From NCBI GenBank assembly GCA_946965045.2, contig OX337236.1:3535191-3599190 (forward strand): a stretch of 64,000 nucleotides of DNA, given 5' to 3'. This DNA is from Epithemia pelagica. Taxonomy: Eukaryota; Protista; Bacillariophyta. The position numbers and the translations under genes were made by a program. How positions within the stretch are numbered: the stretch's first letter is position 1; every line of letters starts with the position of its first letter. Positions 1-11,066 of the stretch are shown one piece after another. The notes under the pieces are model-generated. The model was given only the letters and a program-made list of their open reading frames with translations. It did not search any database and was not told the DNA's origin.

Positions 1-151
1 CCAAGAAGGATGCATGGTCTTCTTCATCGCGTTGCTACGGTCACGATTTGTCTCGTAACCCATCCATTTCGTCAAGATAGTCGTCGTGCTTCCAGTCCAC
101 ACCCATCAACATCACAACGAAAGGAGCAGAGCAAACCTACGTGCGTCAAGA

Positions 152-180
152 CAGTGTCTCGATCCCCATAAATTCTGCAG
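152..180 (+). promoter_or_regulatory. Conserved upstream motif of class-I Kelch genes (CAGTGTCTCGATCCCCATAAATTCTGCAG); putative core promoter
   Basis: The same or a near-identical motif lies 15-40 bp before the ATG of the Kelch copies at 196, 5396, 8146, 20930, 32327, 37445 and 41269, and partly at 27685. The copies at 23601, 43926 and 47371 instead have GTA(A/G)AGCGCC(CC)GTGACC-ATG. Function is inferred. Confidence 0.45.
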
Positions 181-195
181 TCATTGTTTAGAACC

Positions 196-1386
196 ATGAC
201 CACGACACTGAAAGAACAAGCACGACAGTCGGGCCTTGTCTTATCGGACGAGCCACCTGAATGGAATTTCGAGGACTGGCCTCCTCTTGAGGGTGGATGG
301 CGTGTAGAGCATAGTTCGGTCGTACTGAGTCATCCCGATAACAACCAAGAACAAACCGTCGTCGTGTTGGGTGGATATCGAACAGGTCAAGGCGAGCTAG
401 ATTCCATTCTTGTATTAAACTTGGCAGAATCGAACAAGCAGTGGCGAGAAGGGCCACGCATGAACCAGAAGCGTGATAGACATGCCGCTGTTGTGTGCAA
501 TGGAGGCATTTACGTGCTGGGAGGAGACAATGGAGGTTCAGATTTGAATTGCATGGAACGAATCGACGCCAATGATTTGCTTCGATCATCTTTGACAACC
601 ACCACCACGCATGAGAGCAGTTGGACGGCATTGACATGTCGCTTATCAACGCATCGATTTGGATGTTGTGCTGTTGCGGTTCACAACCGATACATCGTTG
701 TAATGGGTGGCCATAACAACGATGGTTATTTGTCGTCGGTGGATATTATAGATACAAACAACCACACTGTCACTGCGGGACCATCCATGACTGTTCCACG
801 ACAATTTTGTGCCAGTGCGGTCATTGGCCACCGCATTTTTGTCGTTGGGGGGCAAAACGATGATGGCCATCTTGACTCTGTGGAGTATTTGGACTTTGCA
901 GAGGAGAGAAAAGATGACACTTTGTCTACAGTCATTCCCTTTTCGTCTAGTTGGATCACTCATTCGGAGTTGAGGCTTTCCGAACTTCGAGGTTCCTGTG
1001 CAATGGTTGCTGTGGGATCGTGTCTGGTGGTGGCGGGTGGACAAGGCCATTCAACCGTGGAAGTCTTGGATACGCGCCGCAACCGCGTTTGGAATCTCCC
1101 ACCATTCGGAAATCGCCGCGATGACTTCAGTATGGCGACTGTTGCCAATCAAGTTGCCGTGATAAGTGGTTTTGGCAGTCCTACCTGTGCGACATTACCA
1201 CCACTTGACAAGCATACGTGGTGTTTTCAACGACTCTGTGAGCAGCAGCCCAACAGATGGTGTCTTTTTGGGGAAGGAATGAATATCCAACATGCTGATA
1301 TTTCACCCTTCTCCACCTCGACATCAGCTCATAAACGCGCAAGGCCCAATACACGCCGTGGTGATGAAGGGAAGGATGGAACTTGA
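196..1386 (+). CDS. Kelch-repeat six-bladed beta-propeller protein (K1)
   Basis: Six GG-containing Kelch motifs (VVVLGG, IYVLGG, IVVMGG, IFVVGG, LVVAGG, VAVISG) with R..H/C starts and W ends; ATG in the ACCATG context shared by most paralogs; no introns evident. Confidence 0.9.
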   Translation: MTTTLKEQARQSGLVLSDEPPEWNFEDWPPLEGGWRVEHSSVVLSHPDNNQEQTVVVLGGYRTGQGELDSILVLNLAESNKQWREGPRMNQKRDRHAAVVCNGGIYVLGGDNGGSDLNCMERIDANDLLRSSLTTTTTHESSWTALTCRLSTHRFGCCAVAVHNRYIVVMGGHNNDGYLSSVDIIDTNNHTVTAGPSMTVPRQFCASAVIGHRIFVVGGQNDDGHLDSVEYLDFAEERKDDTLSTVIPFSSSWITHSELRLSELRGSCAMVAVGSCLVVAGGQGHSTVEVLDTRRNRVWNLPPFGNRRDDFSMATVANQVAVISGFGSPTCATLPPLDKHTWCFQRLCEQQPNRWCLFGEGMNIQHADISPFSTSTSAHKRARPNTRRGDEGKDGT

Positions 1387-4300
1387 AATTTGCAACGTAT
1401 TGCATGTATGTCCTAACAATAGCGGAACTTTAGCATTATCATTTTACTTTCAAACAGTAGTTGGATTGTTTTCTTTATGACATTGCGACCTATAGAGATA
1501 TAATGTACACTGTTACTAGTAGAAAACGAAAGTTACACTATCCTGCATTACACCGCAAACAGGAGTGGAGCCAGGCCTTGGATATAGATGCCCATGGTAC
1601 CATGCCTCTCTGCTGGTGAATGAGTCGAGTTATCTTGCTGTGGAAGATTATGGTTGCGTGCCTGAAACACTTGGGCGCAGCGACTCGTTTGGACGGTCGT
1701 CTTCGTTCCGACCATGCGTTCAATTGTGGGGCCCGGTCCTTCTATGGCGAACGCCTGCGTGAGAGGACAGTACCCCGTCTCTCGGTGCTTGTGGTTTCGG
1801 GTGACAGGACATTTACGATTCCTTTGGATTTTGTGACACCGTCGTGTGTTCGATATTTTCTCCAATTCGGCAATTTGCTTGCGTCGATCCAGCAATCAGT
1901 CTCTCCGTAGTGGCTCGTTGACAGTCCATGGGTATCGGTCCATGGGGATCCACAAGAACAATCGTAGTGTGCAAAGTTATGTCTTGCCCCTCAATGCCAG
2001 TTCCGCCGAAACCTTGTTGCACGATTACAACACTGTCGAACAGCAGTGTTCGACATTGACCAGTACATCGTTTGTGCCTCGTACAACACCCACACAACCA
2101 CGACCCGCGCCGATCATGTCATGCCTATCGTCTCACAGCAGTGTTGGACCTCGATCACTACCACATTTGAGCCTCGTACCGAACTCAGCGGTACCAACAA
2201 CAAAACCACGACTACGAATGGCGCCGATCATGTCTTGGCTGTAGTCTACTAGAATTTGTGGTTGTTGTTGTTGTTTTTCTTCTTCTTCGTTGGATTCTAA
2301 TTGGTGTTGCTGCCTTGTCGTTCCGCACCAACACCAAGCTTGAATCTTCGTACGTATTAGACTTGAAAGGGCGATGCGATCCTTTCCATAACCAGTTCTC
2401 CACTACTCCAATCGGACGCATCGGGAGGAGTTGAATAAGGGTCCATCCTTCAATCCGTAGTACTGCACTCCTCGTCACGGTGGTCCGACTTTGAGCATTC
2501 GTTGCAAACATACGACGTTTCCATTCAGAGCTGTCGTCATAAGTTTTATACCAGTTGCTGTAAAGCTCCGTACTTTTTTCGAGCCTCCACATTTTTATGT
2601 ACTTCCAATGGGGCGACTTTGTTATCGATTCAGCACAGGTCCTTATGGTGTCATGTCGAGAAAGAGTCCACATATAATTGTCGACCAGACTGCCATGCGG
2701 TGCCACAACACAAAGAGATTTGCGTGGTCTTGTAGTATGGTGTTCTTTTTTCGTCCAGTGTGACAACGACAAATGCGGTTTGGTTGTTGTACTTTTGCTA
2801 TGGGATTCCATCGTGGTTTCTTTCCTGGCTTGCGCTGTTGCGGCGACACTGGGCTGTAGGAGCACTTCCCACATACAAGTCCAACGCCAAAAGAGAGACA
2901 TGTCTCCACACCGTCGTCAGATCGGTCCATGGAGATCCACAATAGCAGTTTGCAGAGTACAAAGTATAGCCACTTTCCCATGGCACTATCACGGTTGAAG
3001 GAAAAAAAGACCATGGCAGTGCTGCGGCATCCCCACCCACCACCTCGTGTCCAAGTATGGCTTGCTGGATTGTCCATGCGAGCAAACAAACGGCAAACAT
3101 CTGGATTCTAAATGACAGCACTTGTAGTGCATACATGAGTATAACACTTTGGTACTCTACGTTGCACGTCCAGTGGAGGAGGACACAAGAATGGCCGTGC
3201 TGATCTTTTTTTGTCGTTTCAGTAGCGGCGCGCGTGCGGCAGCTGGAAGAATAGACTATTCCCTTTGTTTTTTGTCGTTATAATAGATCTTCCCCCAAAC
3301 TGTGATGTGGAGTCCCCCCCCCGAAGTCTGTGGAGTCCCTTCCAAATCTTGGTCGCGGAATGAGGACAGGAATGGCTCGCAGGCGCGCCGACCGAGACGA
3401 GCCCTTTCACTCTAAAATATCGATTGATGTCGTCGCCAAAAGACGACCACTCTAATAGAATCTACTGCTACACTCAATGGGAAACAAGGCATCTACGGTA
3501 TCATCCCAACGGCAACGGCGTTCGATCCACGGCCATGGCAACCAAAGAATGATCATCCCAATTGGCAGTCTAAACTCATGGCAGGTATTCCTTGGGGAAC
3601 ATCCAACCACACTCCCACTAGCGCAGCAGACGGACCCATAGTATGCATAGCGCAACCTGCCCGTGCTTTTTGTAAAAGACGCCTAGCCAGGTTGCCAAGG
3701 TCGACAGTTTGCAAGCACCGTATCTAGTCATGTCAGCAGCAAGTGGCCTTGGCCTTTTCATCCGTTGTATTACTGGGGTTCTTCGCGAGAGACACCACGA
3801 CCCATGGCAAAAATTGCAGGATGACGAAACTGACCTGAGCCAGTACCATGACAACGACCGGTACCATCGACCAGCAGCAGAAGAAGTAGCAGGATGGAAC
3901 AAGAGCAGTGCCAACAACAACAGCTCGGTCGACGAAACAACAACAGCTCGGTCGAACCAAGTTCCTTCCCAGACGACTCGCATCACTGCCCAGGTCTCCA
4001 TCCACGGCCTGTGCGCAGTGTCGTTGCTTCTCGGTCGACTGGGTATTCGTTGATGGGAACCAACAACCAGACAGACTGTGAAGCCTTCATTGCATTGTTG
4101 GGTATTCCATGGCATTGTGATTGGGATGTATGGAAATGCCAAACAAAACCCGACCATACTGTACTCCACCACCCATTGCAAGTGACATCCGCAACAACCA
4201 CAAAAGATCTGACACGAATCCACACGACCTTCATGGCTGTTACGGGCATTCTCCGTTGACGCTTCATGGCCTGCAGCTATAACTTTCTTCTTGTTCGGTA

Positions 4301-5395
4301 CTAAAGGGACTCTTCTTGTCGCCACCAGAAATGATCCACTCAATTCCCAATGTCGACCTTTTCTTGTTGGGACCCACCAACAAATTCTTATTCTGCTACT
4401 AGAGGGGATTGGAAACAAGCCTTGGTTGCCGGCAATGAGCATTCTACCATTCTTGTGGTGCGAGTCGAGAGGATGACGGAGGAGCGCATGTCCAATCGGT
4501 ATACTGCTAGTTCCCATGGGCGCTTCGCAAAGCTCGGACATTGGCGGAAACGAGAGACGACGGAATGACGAACATGTGCACAATCAGTGCAGTGCAGTAA
4601 TTCGTGTAGCAGCGGCAGCACCGAGGATGCAGAACCGTTGACGATTCGTCATTCCTCATCCACAAAACTCCCTCTGTAAGCTTGCTCCTACGGCTAAAAA
4701 GCTTCGAGATGGTCTGCCCAAGCCCGTGGGCAATCATGGTCTGCAATGAGACTCTCGATCGATTAAGTGTTCCCAGCAGTTGGTCGTCTTCCCCACAACA
4801 TCCTAACGCAAGATGAGCAACAACATCAGGAGGTATCCATCGGGCCAAAACATGCATGGAGGAAGCGAATCTCTTCTGATTTACCGCTTTCATCCTCAGA
4901 GTGAGGGAGGATCCGCAATGAGGGGCACATGGAATCTCTTGTTTCGTGTAATGTACATCACCATCTCATGGGTCCCTCCGTAAGAAGAGAAGTTGTGGTT
5001 ATCAAAAGCAGAGACTCGGATTGCAAAGAGATCCTCTAGTCATGAGCGCCCACGAAGAACCTATGGATGCAACACAAGGAGACAGAGAAATGGATAGGAG
5101 CCATACATATCAGTGGTTGTCTGTCTCACCATGAGGTTAATTTTGGTACCCAAAAACTTCCACGGTACTCCAAACAAGAATGAACAAGAATGCGTGGTCT
5201 TCTTCATTGCGTGGCTTCGGTCACGATTTGTCTCGTGACGAATAAAAGCTACCCATCTTTGGTCCATCCATTTCGTGAAGTCAGTCGTGCTTCCAGTCCG
5301 GAAACATCAGAATCCTAGGAGCAAAGCAAAACCACTAACCACGTATAATACAGTGTCTCGATCCTCATAAATTCTGCAGTTAATATTTTGGAACC

Positions 5396-6547
5396 ATGAC
5401 ACTAAAAGAACAAGCATGGCAGTCGGGCCTTGTCCTTCTCGGCAAGACACCTGAATGGAATGAAAACGACTGGCCTCCTCTTCAGGGTGGATGGCGTCAT
5501 CGTCATGCTATGGTTGTACTAAATCATCCCGATAAGACCGACTACAACAACGACAAGGCCCAAGCAGTCTTTGTGATGGGAGGATGGGACAAAGGTTGGA
5601 ATACTACCAATTCCGTTCTTCTACTGGATTGAGCAGCGCCGGACAAGCACTGGCGAGAAGGGCCATCAATGAACAAGAGACGTCGAGGACATGCCGCTGT
5701 TGTGTGCAATGACGGCGTCTACGTGATGGGCGGATTCAATCAAGGTCCATTGGATTCTATCGAACGAATTGACTTCAATGATTTGCTGCAATCACCTTTA
5801 ACAACAAGCAACAAACATGAGAGTCATTGGACGACATTGACATGTCGCTTATCAACGAGACGATCAGGATGTTGTGCTGTTGCGGTTCACAACCGATACA
5901 TTGTTGTGATGGGTGGCTACAACGGTAGCTTTTTGTCGTCGGTAGATATTATTGATACCAGGAACCACACTGTCACTCCGGGGCCAAGCATGGCTGTTCC
6001 TCGATCATTTTGTGCCAGTGCGGTCATTGGACACCGCATCTTTGTCGTTGCAGGCCAAAACGAGAGTGGCTATCTTGACTCGGTGGAGTATTTGGACTTC
6101 GCAAGGCCATGTGATCATGAACAAACAAAGAAGGACATGGCTACCACATCGATTCCCTTCTTTTCCACTTGGATCACTCATTCTCATTTGGTACTTTCCA
6201 ATGCACCATATTCTTGTACAGTGGTTGCCGTGGGATCTTGTCTGGTGGTGGCAGGAGGACGAACCGTGGAAGTCTTGGATACGCACTTCAACCGCATGTG
6301 GAATCTCCCTGGACTGCAAGAAGAACGATGGGGCTGCAGTATGGTCACTGTTACCAATCACGTTGCCGTGATCGGCGGATGGTACAATCCGACCTGCGCG
6401 ACATTGCCACTAATGGACAAGAATTCGTGGTGTTTTCGTCGACTCTGTGAGCAGCAGCCCAACGGATGGTTCCAGTTCCGGGATGGAATGGATATCCGAC
6501 ATGTTCCTATTTCACCCTTCTCCACCTCGACATCAGCTCATAAATGA
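5396..6547 (+). pseudogene. Kelch paralog K2 with an in-frame TGA at 5630-5632
   Basis: ORFs 5396-5632 and 5669-6547 are in the same frame (LLLD*AAPDKHWREGPSM); the tail is also shortened by CGA>TGA at 6545. Confidence 0.85.
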
Positions 6548-7221
6548 GCAAGGCCCGATACACGCCATGGTGATGAAGGCAAGGATGAAACTTGAAGTGG
6601 GCATCACGTTGCGTTAATGTCCTACAATGACGAAACTTTCGAATAATCATTTCGATCTCAAATAGTTTTCTTAGTGTTTGCTACCTGTGGTTTTATCATG
6701 TGAGTCCTTATAGTAGAAATGAAATTATAAATCATGTCAATGGCGTGTCCGGGAGAACGAGACGGTTCCGAAACGACAAAACACTGTCATGGATTATGCA
6801 GAGTTTTGCTCTGTGTTGAGTGCTAGTGTCATATTCTTGAGTCCTTTGGCAGTCCCTGAAGTATTTCTCCGTGACAAGTCAAACTCCCTCGCACCATCCG
6901 TTTCCATCCTCGGAATGCATAGTCTCCTTGTTCACATGACAGGGAGACACTCTCGTGACTGTGGAGACAGACAGAAGCGCGCTATCGGAGCTTACTGATC
7001 TAACCAAGCATCCATGACGGTGAGCGTTTGCTGTAGCTACGGTTGATTGTTTTCTTGCCGTGAGGAGAAAGTGGTGGTCGGAACAGGGGTCGATGGTTGG
7101 GACGTCAATTGCAAAAAGGGTTGTGGGCAAGTAAAAGTCTGGGAAACCTTGTGTGTGGGACTGCCTGATCAACCAGCAGAATGTCCCCGAGCAAGTGGAA
7201 TTCAACACCCACCAAGAATCG

Positions 7222-8219
7222 GACATGTGCACCACGGCCAAATCGGACGTCATGTCAGCGAGACGCTTTACCTGGAACACGGCAAACTCAAAGGTTAAGT
7301 GATGATTGTCCGTCAGAACACCAAACCGCGCGGTGGAACCTGACCAATTCGACTACGCAATGTGAGATATTGGCCATCTTGCTTCTTCTGGGCGATAAAG
7401 AGAGCGGCGTAGCATCCCAATTCCCGACTGTCGCAAGGTCTTGAGTGGCATTCAATCGTGCCACAATGTGGGACGTTGAGACTTTGTCATTGTCTCTTCA
7501 AGGTCCTGCTGCTATTGTCTTGAGGCAGAGCCGCAGTCGTCATCATCCTGCTAGTCATCATGGTTGCTTGATGAAGCCAGGGAAGAGCTTGGCTCGTGGT
7601 GGCCGTTGTAGGGAGGGGAGGTGTCTTGTTGGTGTGTGGTTATTGGTGAAAGCAACCTCACCACTCGTTGTTCTGCCACAGCTGAGTGACCGTTGACCAA
7701 ACTCGAGGCCTGTTCCACTCCTGTACATTCCTGACCCATCCGCAGATGGACCCGTCCACAATTGGATTTGTTCATTGCAAAGGCTGGTTTCTCTAAATTG
7801 TTGTGACAGTGGGGTCCTCATCTGGTTTGGCTCTATAAAAGGCTGTGGGTCGTTTTGACATGAGAATGTTTCGACGGTTTGTTCTTGTGGATGTTGTCCA
7901 TCGTTTGGTTTTGGGAACAGATCTGGATTCGCGCATCTTTTGTGGGGAAAGATACGCTCTGCTTGCTGTGGTCGTGTCATGAAGTCTTTGTGCGATATCG
8001 TACATGCGACAGACGCTCTTTGTGGGTCCAAAGCTTCCACGTGTATTCTAAGAGAGTCCTCGTCGTGCTTCCATCCATACAAATCAGACTCGCAACAGCC
8101 GCAAACGCACTCCACATAAATTCTGCAGTCAAAACGTTTCGAAGCATGCCCACGACATTGAAAGAAGCCTGGCAGTCGGGCCTTGTCCTTTCAGACGGGA
8201 CAGCAGAATGGAATGAAAA
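7222..8219 (+). repeat. About 1-kb segmental duplication, copy 1 (copy 2 at about 31242-32240)
   Basis: Near-identical sequence at an offset of about 24,020 bp, including the Kelch 5' end. Confidence 0.9.
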
Positions 8220-8651
8220 CGACTGGCCTCCTCTTATGGGTGGATGGCGTTATCGTCATGCTACGGTTGTACTAGATCATCCCGATACGGACGGCAACGA
8301 CAACAACCCGAAGAGACAAACGGTCGTCGTGATGGGAGGACGTCAACAAGGCGAATATGTCACCAATTCCGTTCTTGTATTGAACTTGGCAAACCCAAAC
8401 AAACAGTGGCGAGAAGGGCCACCCATGAACAAGAGTCGTCGAGGACATGCCGCTGTTGTGTGCAACAGAGCCGTCTACGTGATGGGAGGATATGCTGACA
8501 ATTCAATGTTCGATTGCATGGAACGCATTGATGCCAATGATTTGCTGCAATCATCTTCGTCATCAAGCAGTTCAAAGAAGAGCCATTGGACGACATTGAA
8601 TTGTCGATTATCAGTGGAACGATTTGGATGTTGTGCTGTTGCGGTTCACAA
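8146..8651 (+). pseudogene. Kelch paralog K3, 5' half (interrupted by hAT)
   Basis: MPTTLKEAWQSG...CCAVAVHN ends at the TSD; the reading resumes at 15646 (VHNRYIVVIGG). Confidence 0.92.
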
Positions 8652-9188
8652 CAGGGTTGTTAATTACCGCACAATCACTTAATAATGGAATTTTATAGTT
8701 TATTACTCCTTGTATTCTCTCTTTAATTTAATATCAAAATTAATTTAACCCTAATATAATTAAGAATATAATTATTGAAGTAACAAATCCACTCAATTGT
8801 CTTTGAATTGAATTATTGTAATTTTCCCAATCGCTTGTCCGTTTGAATTAATTTATAAAAATTACCATAATTTCCTTCTCACACACTTTGCCTTGGAATT
8901 GGTCCGTTTCAATAACAATATTCAACGCACCACCTAGAATTCATTTTTAAGAATTATTAAATTACCACACCAATGAGTAATTGAATAAATTTCCATTATA
9001 TTACCCAACTAATTACCAAATTATCATAATTTTTTACGCTTCCATGCAGTTCACAGTGTTGATTAGTGCGTAGTGCTCAGTACTCAGTGCTCAGAATTCG
9101 TGCTCCCAGAGGTCATGTGTTCTGTGTTCATTCGTTGTTCGTTGTACCTCTACTGCTTGTCCTGTTGACTTCTTCACAATAACCAATA

Positions 9189-11012
9189 ATGAACAAGGAA
9201 CTTCCATCACTTCAATTCCAATCTTTCTGCAGACCAATGAACATCATGCATTGCAACTTGGAGTTATTTGCCATCTGGTCCAACGTTGGTACAACAACAA
9301 GTACCTCATCCAGAATTGAGATGCTGAAATCCATTGAACAAGCAACAATCAATTGGCTACTCTCAGTGGACGGTCATATCTCCTACCAAACCCACAATAC
9401 CACTGGATCTGCCTCTCATGACTGCCGAGTAGATCTGCTTTCATTTTCTGCGCAAGTTGAATTGATTTCAGCAATCGTTCTCCAAACCATATTGGAAGAC
9501 TACAATACTACAGAAGTTTCCAGTCCCTGGCAACATCAACACTTCCATTTTGTTGATCAACCCCCTGGTAGTACAACAATCATCCTTCATGTTCATTGCA
9601 AACCACATTTCAAACTCGTACACAATCAACAGTCCCTTGAATGCTTTTCCTCCATCGAACAAGAGCATGCAAACGAACAACCACTACAGTCTTCCATTCA
9701 GTCAATGGCTCTTTCGTGGATATTATCCACGGACACAACTATATATTGCAAGCAATCCCCACAGAAGATGACCACCGACTGTTTCCTAGAACCATGTTCT
9801 TCTTTATCCAAATCATCATGTTCTGTGTATATACCAAGAAACATTTCACTGTACCTGCAATGTATCAGGGATGAATATTCCAACCTGCTTACAAAACCAT
9901 CCCAAAAAGCAGTCCCCGAGTCTCCAGAAACTTGTATTACCACTGATCCAACGTCTGAATCTAACACTCCCACCGATACTCCACCAGATTCTCCAAATCA
10001 GACACTGTTGAAGCGGAAATCTCCTTCACATTCACCCAGAAAAGCACACCCCATCCATCGACAGGCTTGTCACTTATATCCAACTCGTGCCCGAAATCAA
10101 GAAATGTCCAACTTTCTCAAATCGTTGTCGCGATCCAAAAAAACAATCCAATATTGCACAAAGGAAAAGCGCCGCATTATGCCTCACGTCCCACCAATGC
10201 TAAAAAAAGTATTTGACAAACCTCCATACCTTCCTATTTTCTGTCCCATTCAGACTTTGATTTGGAAGTTCGACCTTATTGCTCTGTTGTCTGTCCACGA
10301 AAAGGCCAAGTCCATGGGAATAATCTCCCCAAGAGACAATTGGGAAGAATGGATTGACGCATCAATTCGAAAAGATGACCGACAGGCAGACAGGGCCTTC
10401 ATGTTCCTCATGACTATCTGTATGTCATCGAGCACTTCGAATTCTCAACTTAGCCGAGTCATGCCACGTATATTTTCTTTTGGGATCACGTCTTCAAGAG
10501 CTGTGATCGATGCCAGCGATCAATTCGGACCTGATGCAATCTGCTCCATGTTCTCGGAACCGGGTTGGTATTACCAGAACACCGAACGAATAGTTAATGC
10601 AGCAAACTACTTTATGAAGCATTATGGTGGGCGATTTCCTTCCAACATCACGATCGAAGAACTGTCTACCCTCACTGGTATTGGATACAAAACCGCCGCG
10701 ATTATTGTCGAGTCATCATTTGGTCGATCGGATGGTATTCCTTCTGATATTCACGTGATCAGATGGACCCAATTTTTGGGTTGGGTACCGAAGGATACAG
10801 GTGGATATTTAACATCCAAGTATCTTGAATCATGGGTTCATCCCGCTGACTGGTCATCTATTAACCCAATGTTTGGATCATTGAGTCAAAGTGCAGTGTC
10901 GGAGAATAGACACAAGCTGCAATCCATCATTGCCGAATCCAAAATGAGTGACAAATTAAAAGACAGAGTCCAACAACTCGTTCGAAAATACGGTAGTTAT
11001 AAACGATTATAG
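9189..11012 (+). CDS. Transposon-borne HhH-GPD DNA glycosylase/AP lyase, endonuclease III (Nth/NTHL1)-like C-terminal domain with a long unknown N-terminal extension
   Basis: About 10392-10890 reads FLMTICMSSST...HYGGRFP...ELSTLTGIGYKTA...GIPSDIHVIR...LGW...LESW...W..IN..FGSLSQ, colinear with the Nth fold. The HhH Lys and catalytic Asp positions are present; there is no C-terminal 4-Cys Fe-S motif. 607-aa ORF; the true start and any introns are uncertain. Confidence 0.85.
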   Translation: MNKELPSLQFQSFCRPMNIMHCNLELFAIWSNVGTTTSTSSRIEMLKSIEQATINWLLSVDGHISYQTHNTTGSASHDCRVDLLSFSAQVELISAIVLQTILEDYNTTEVSSPWQHQHFHFVDQPPGSTTIILHVHCKPHFKLVHNQQSLECFSSIEQEHANEQPLQSSIQSMALSWILSTDTTIYCKQSPQKMTTDCFLEPCSSLSKSSCSVYIPRNISLYLQCIRDEYSNLLTKPSQKAVPESPETCITTDPTSESNTPTDTPPDSPNQTLLKRKSPSHSPRKAHPIHRQACHLYPTRARNQEMSNFLKSLSRSKKTIQYCTKEKRRIMPHVPPMLKKVFDKPPYLPIFCPIQTLIWKFDLIALLSVHEKAKSMGIISPRDNWEEWIDASIRKDDRQADRAFMFLMTICMSSSTSNSQLSRVMPRIFSFGITSSRAVIDASDQFGPDAICSMFSEPGWYYQNTERIVNAANYFMKHYGGRFPSNITIEELSTLTGIGYKTAAIIVESSFGRSDGIPSDIHVIRWTQFLGWVPKDTGGYLTSKYLESWVHPADWSSINPMFGSLSQSAVSENRHKLQSIIAESKMSDKLKDRVQQLVRKYGSYKRL

Positions 11013-11066
11013 ATAGTAAACTAATCATGTATCATGTAATGTGTTCTTCGTAGGTCTCCTACAATT

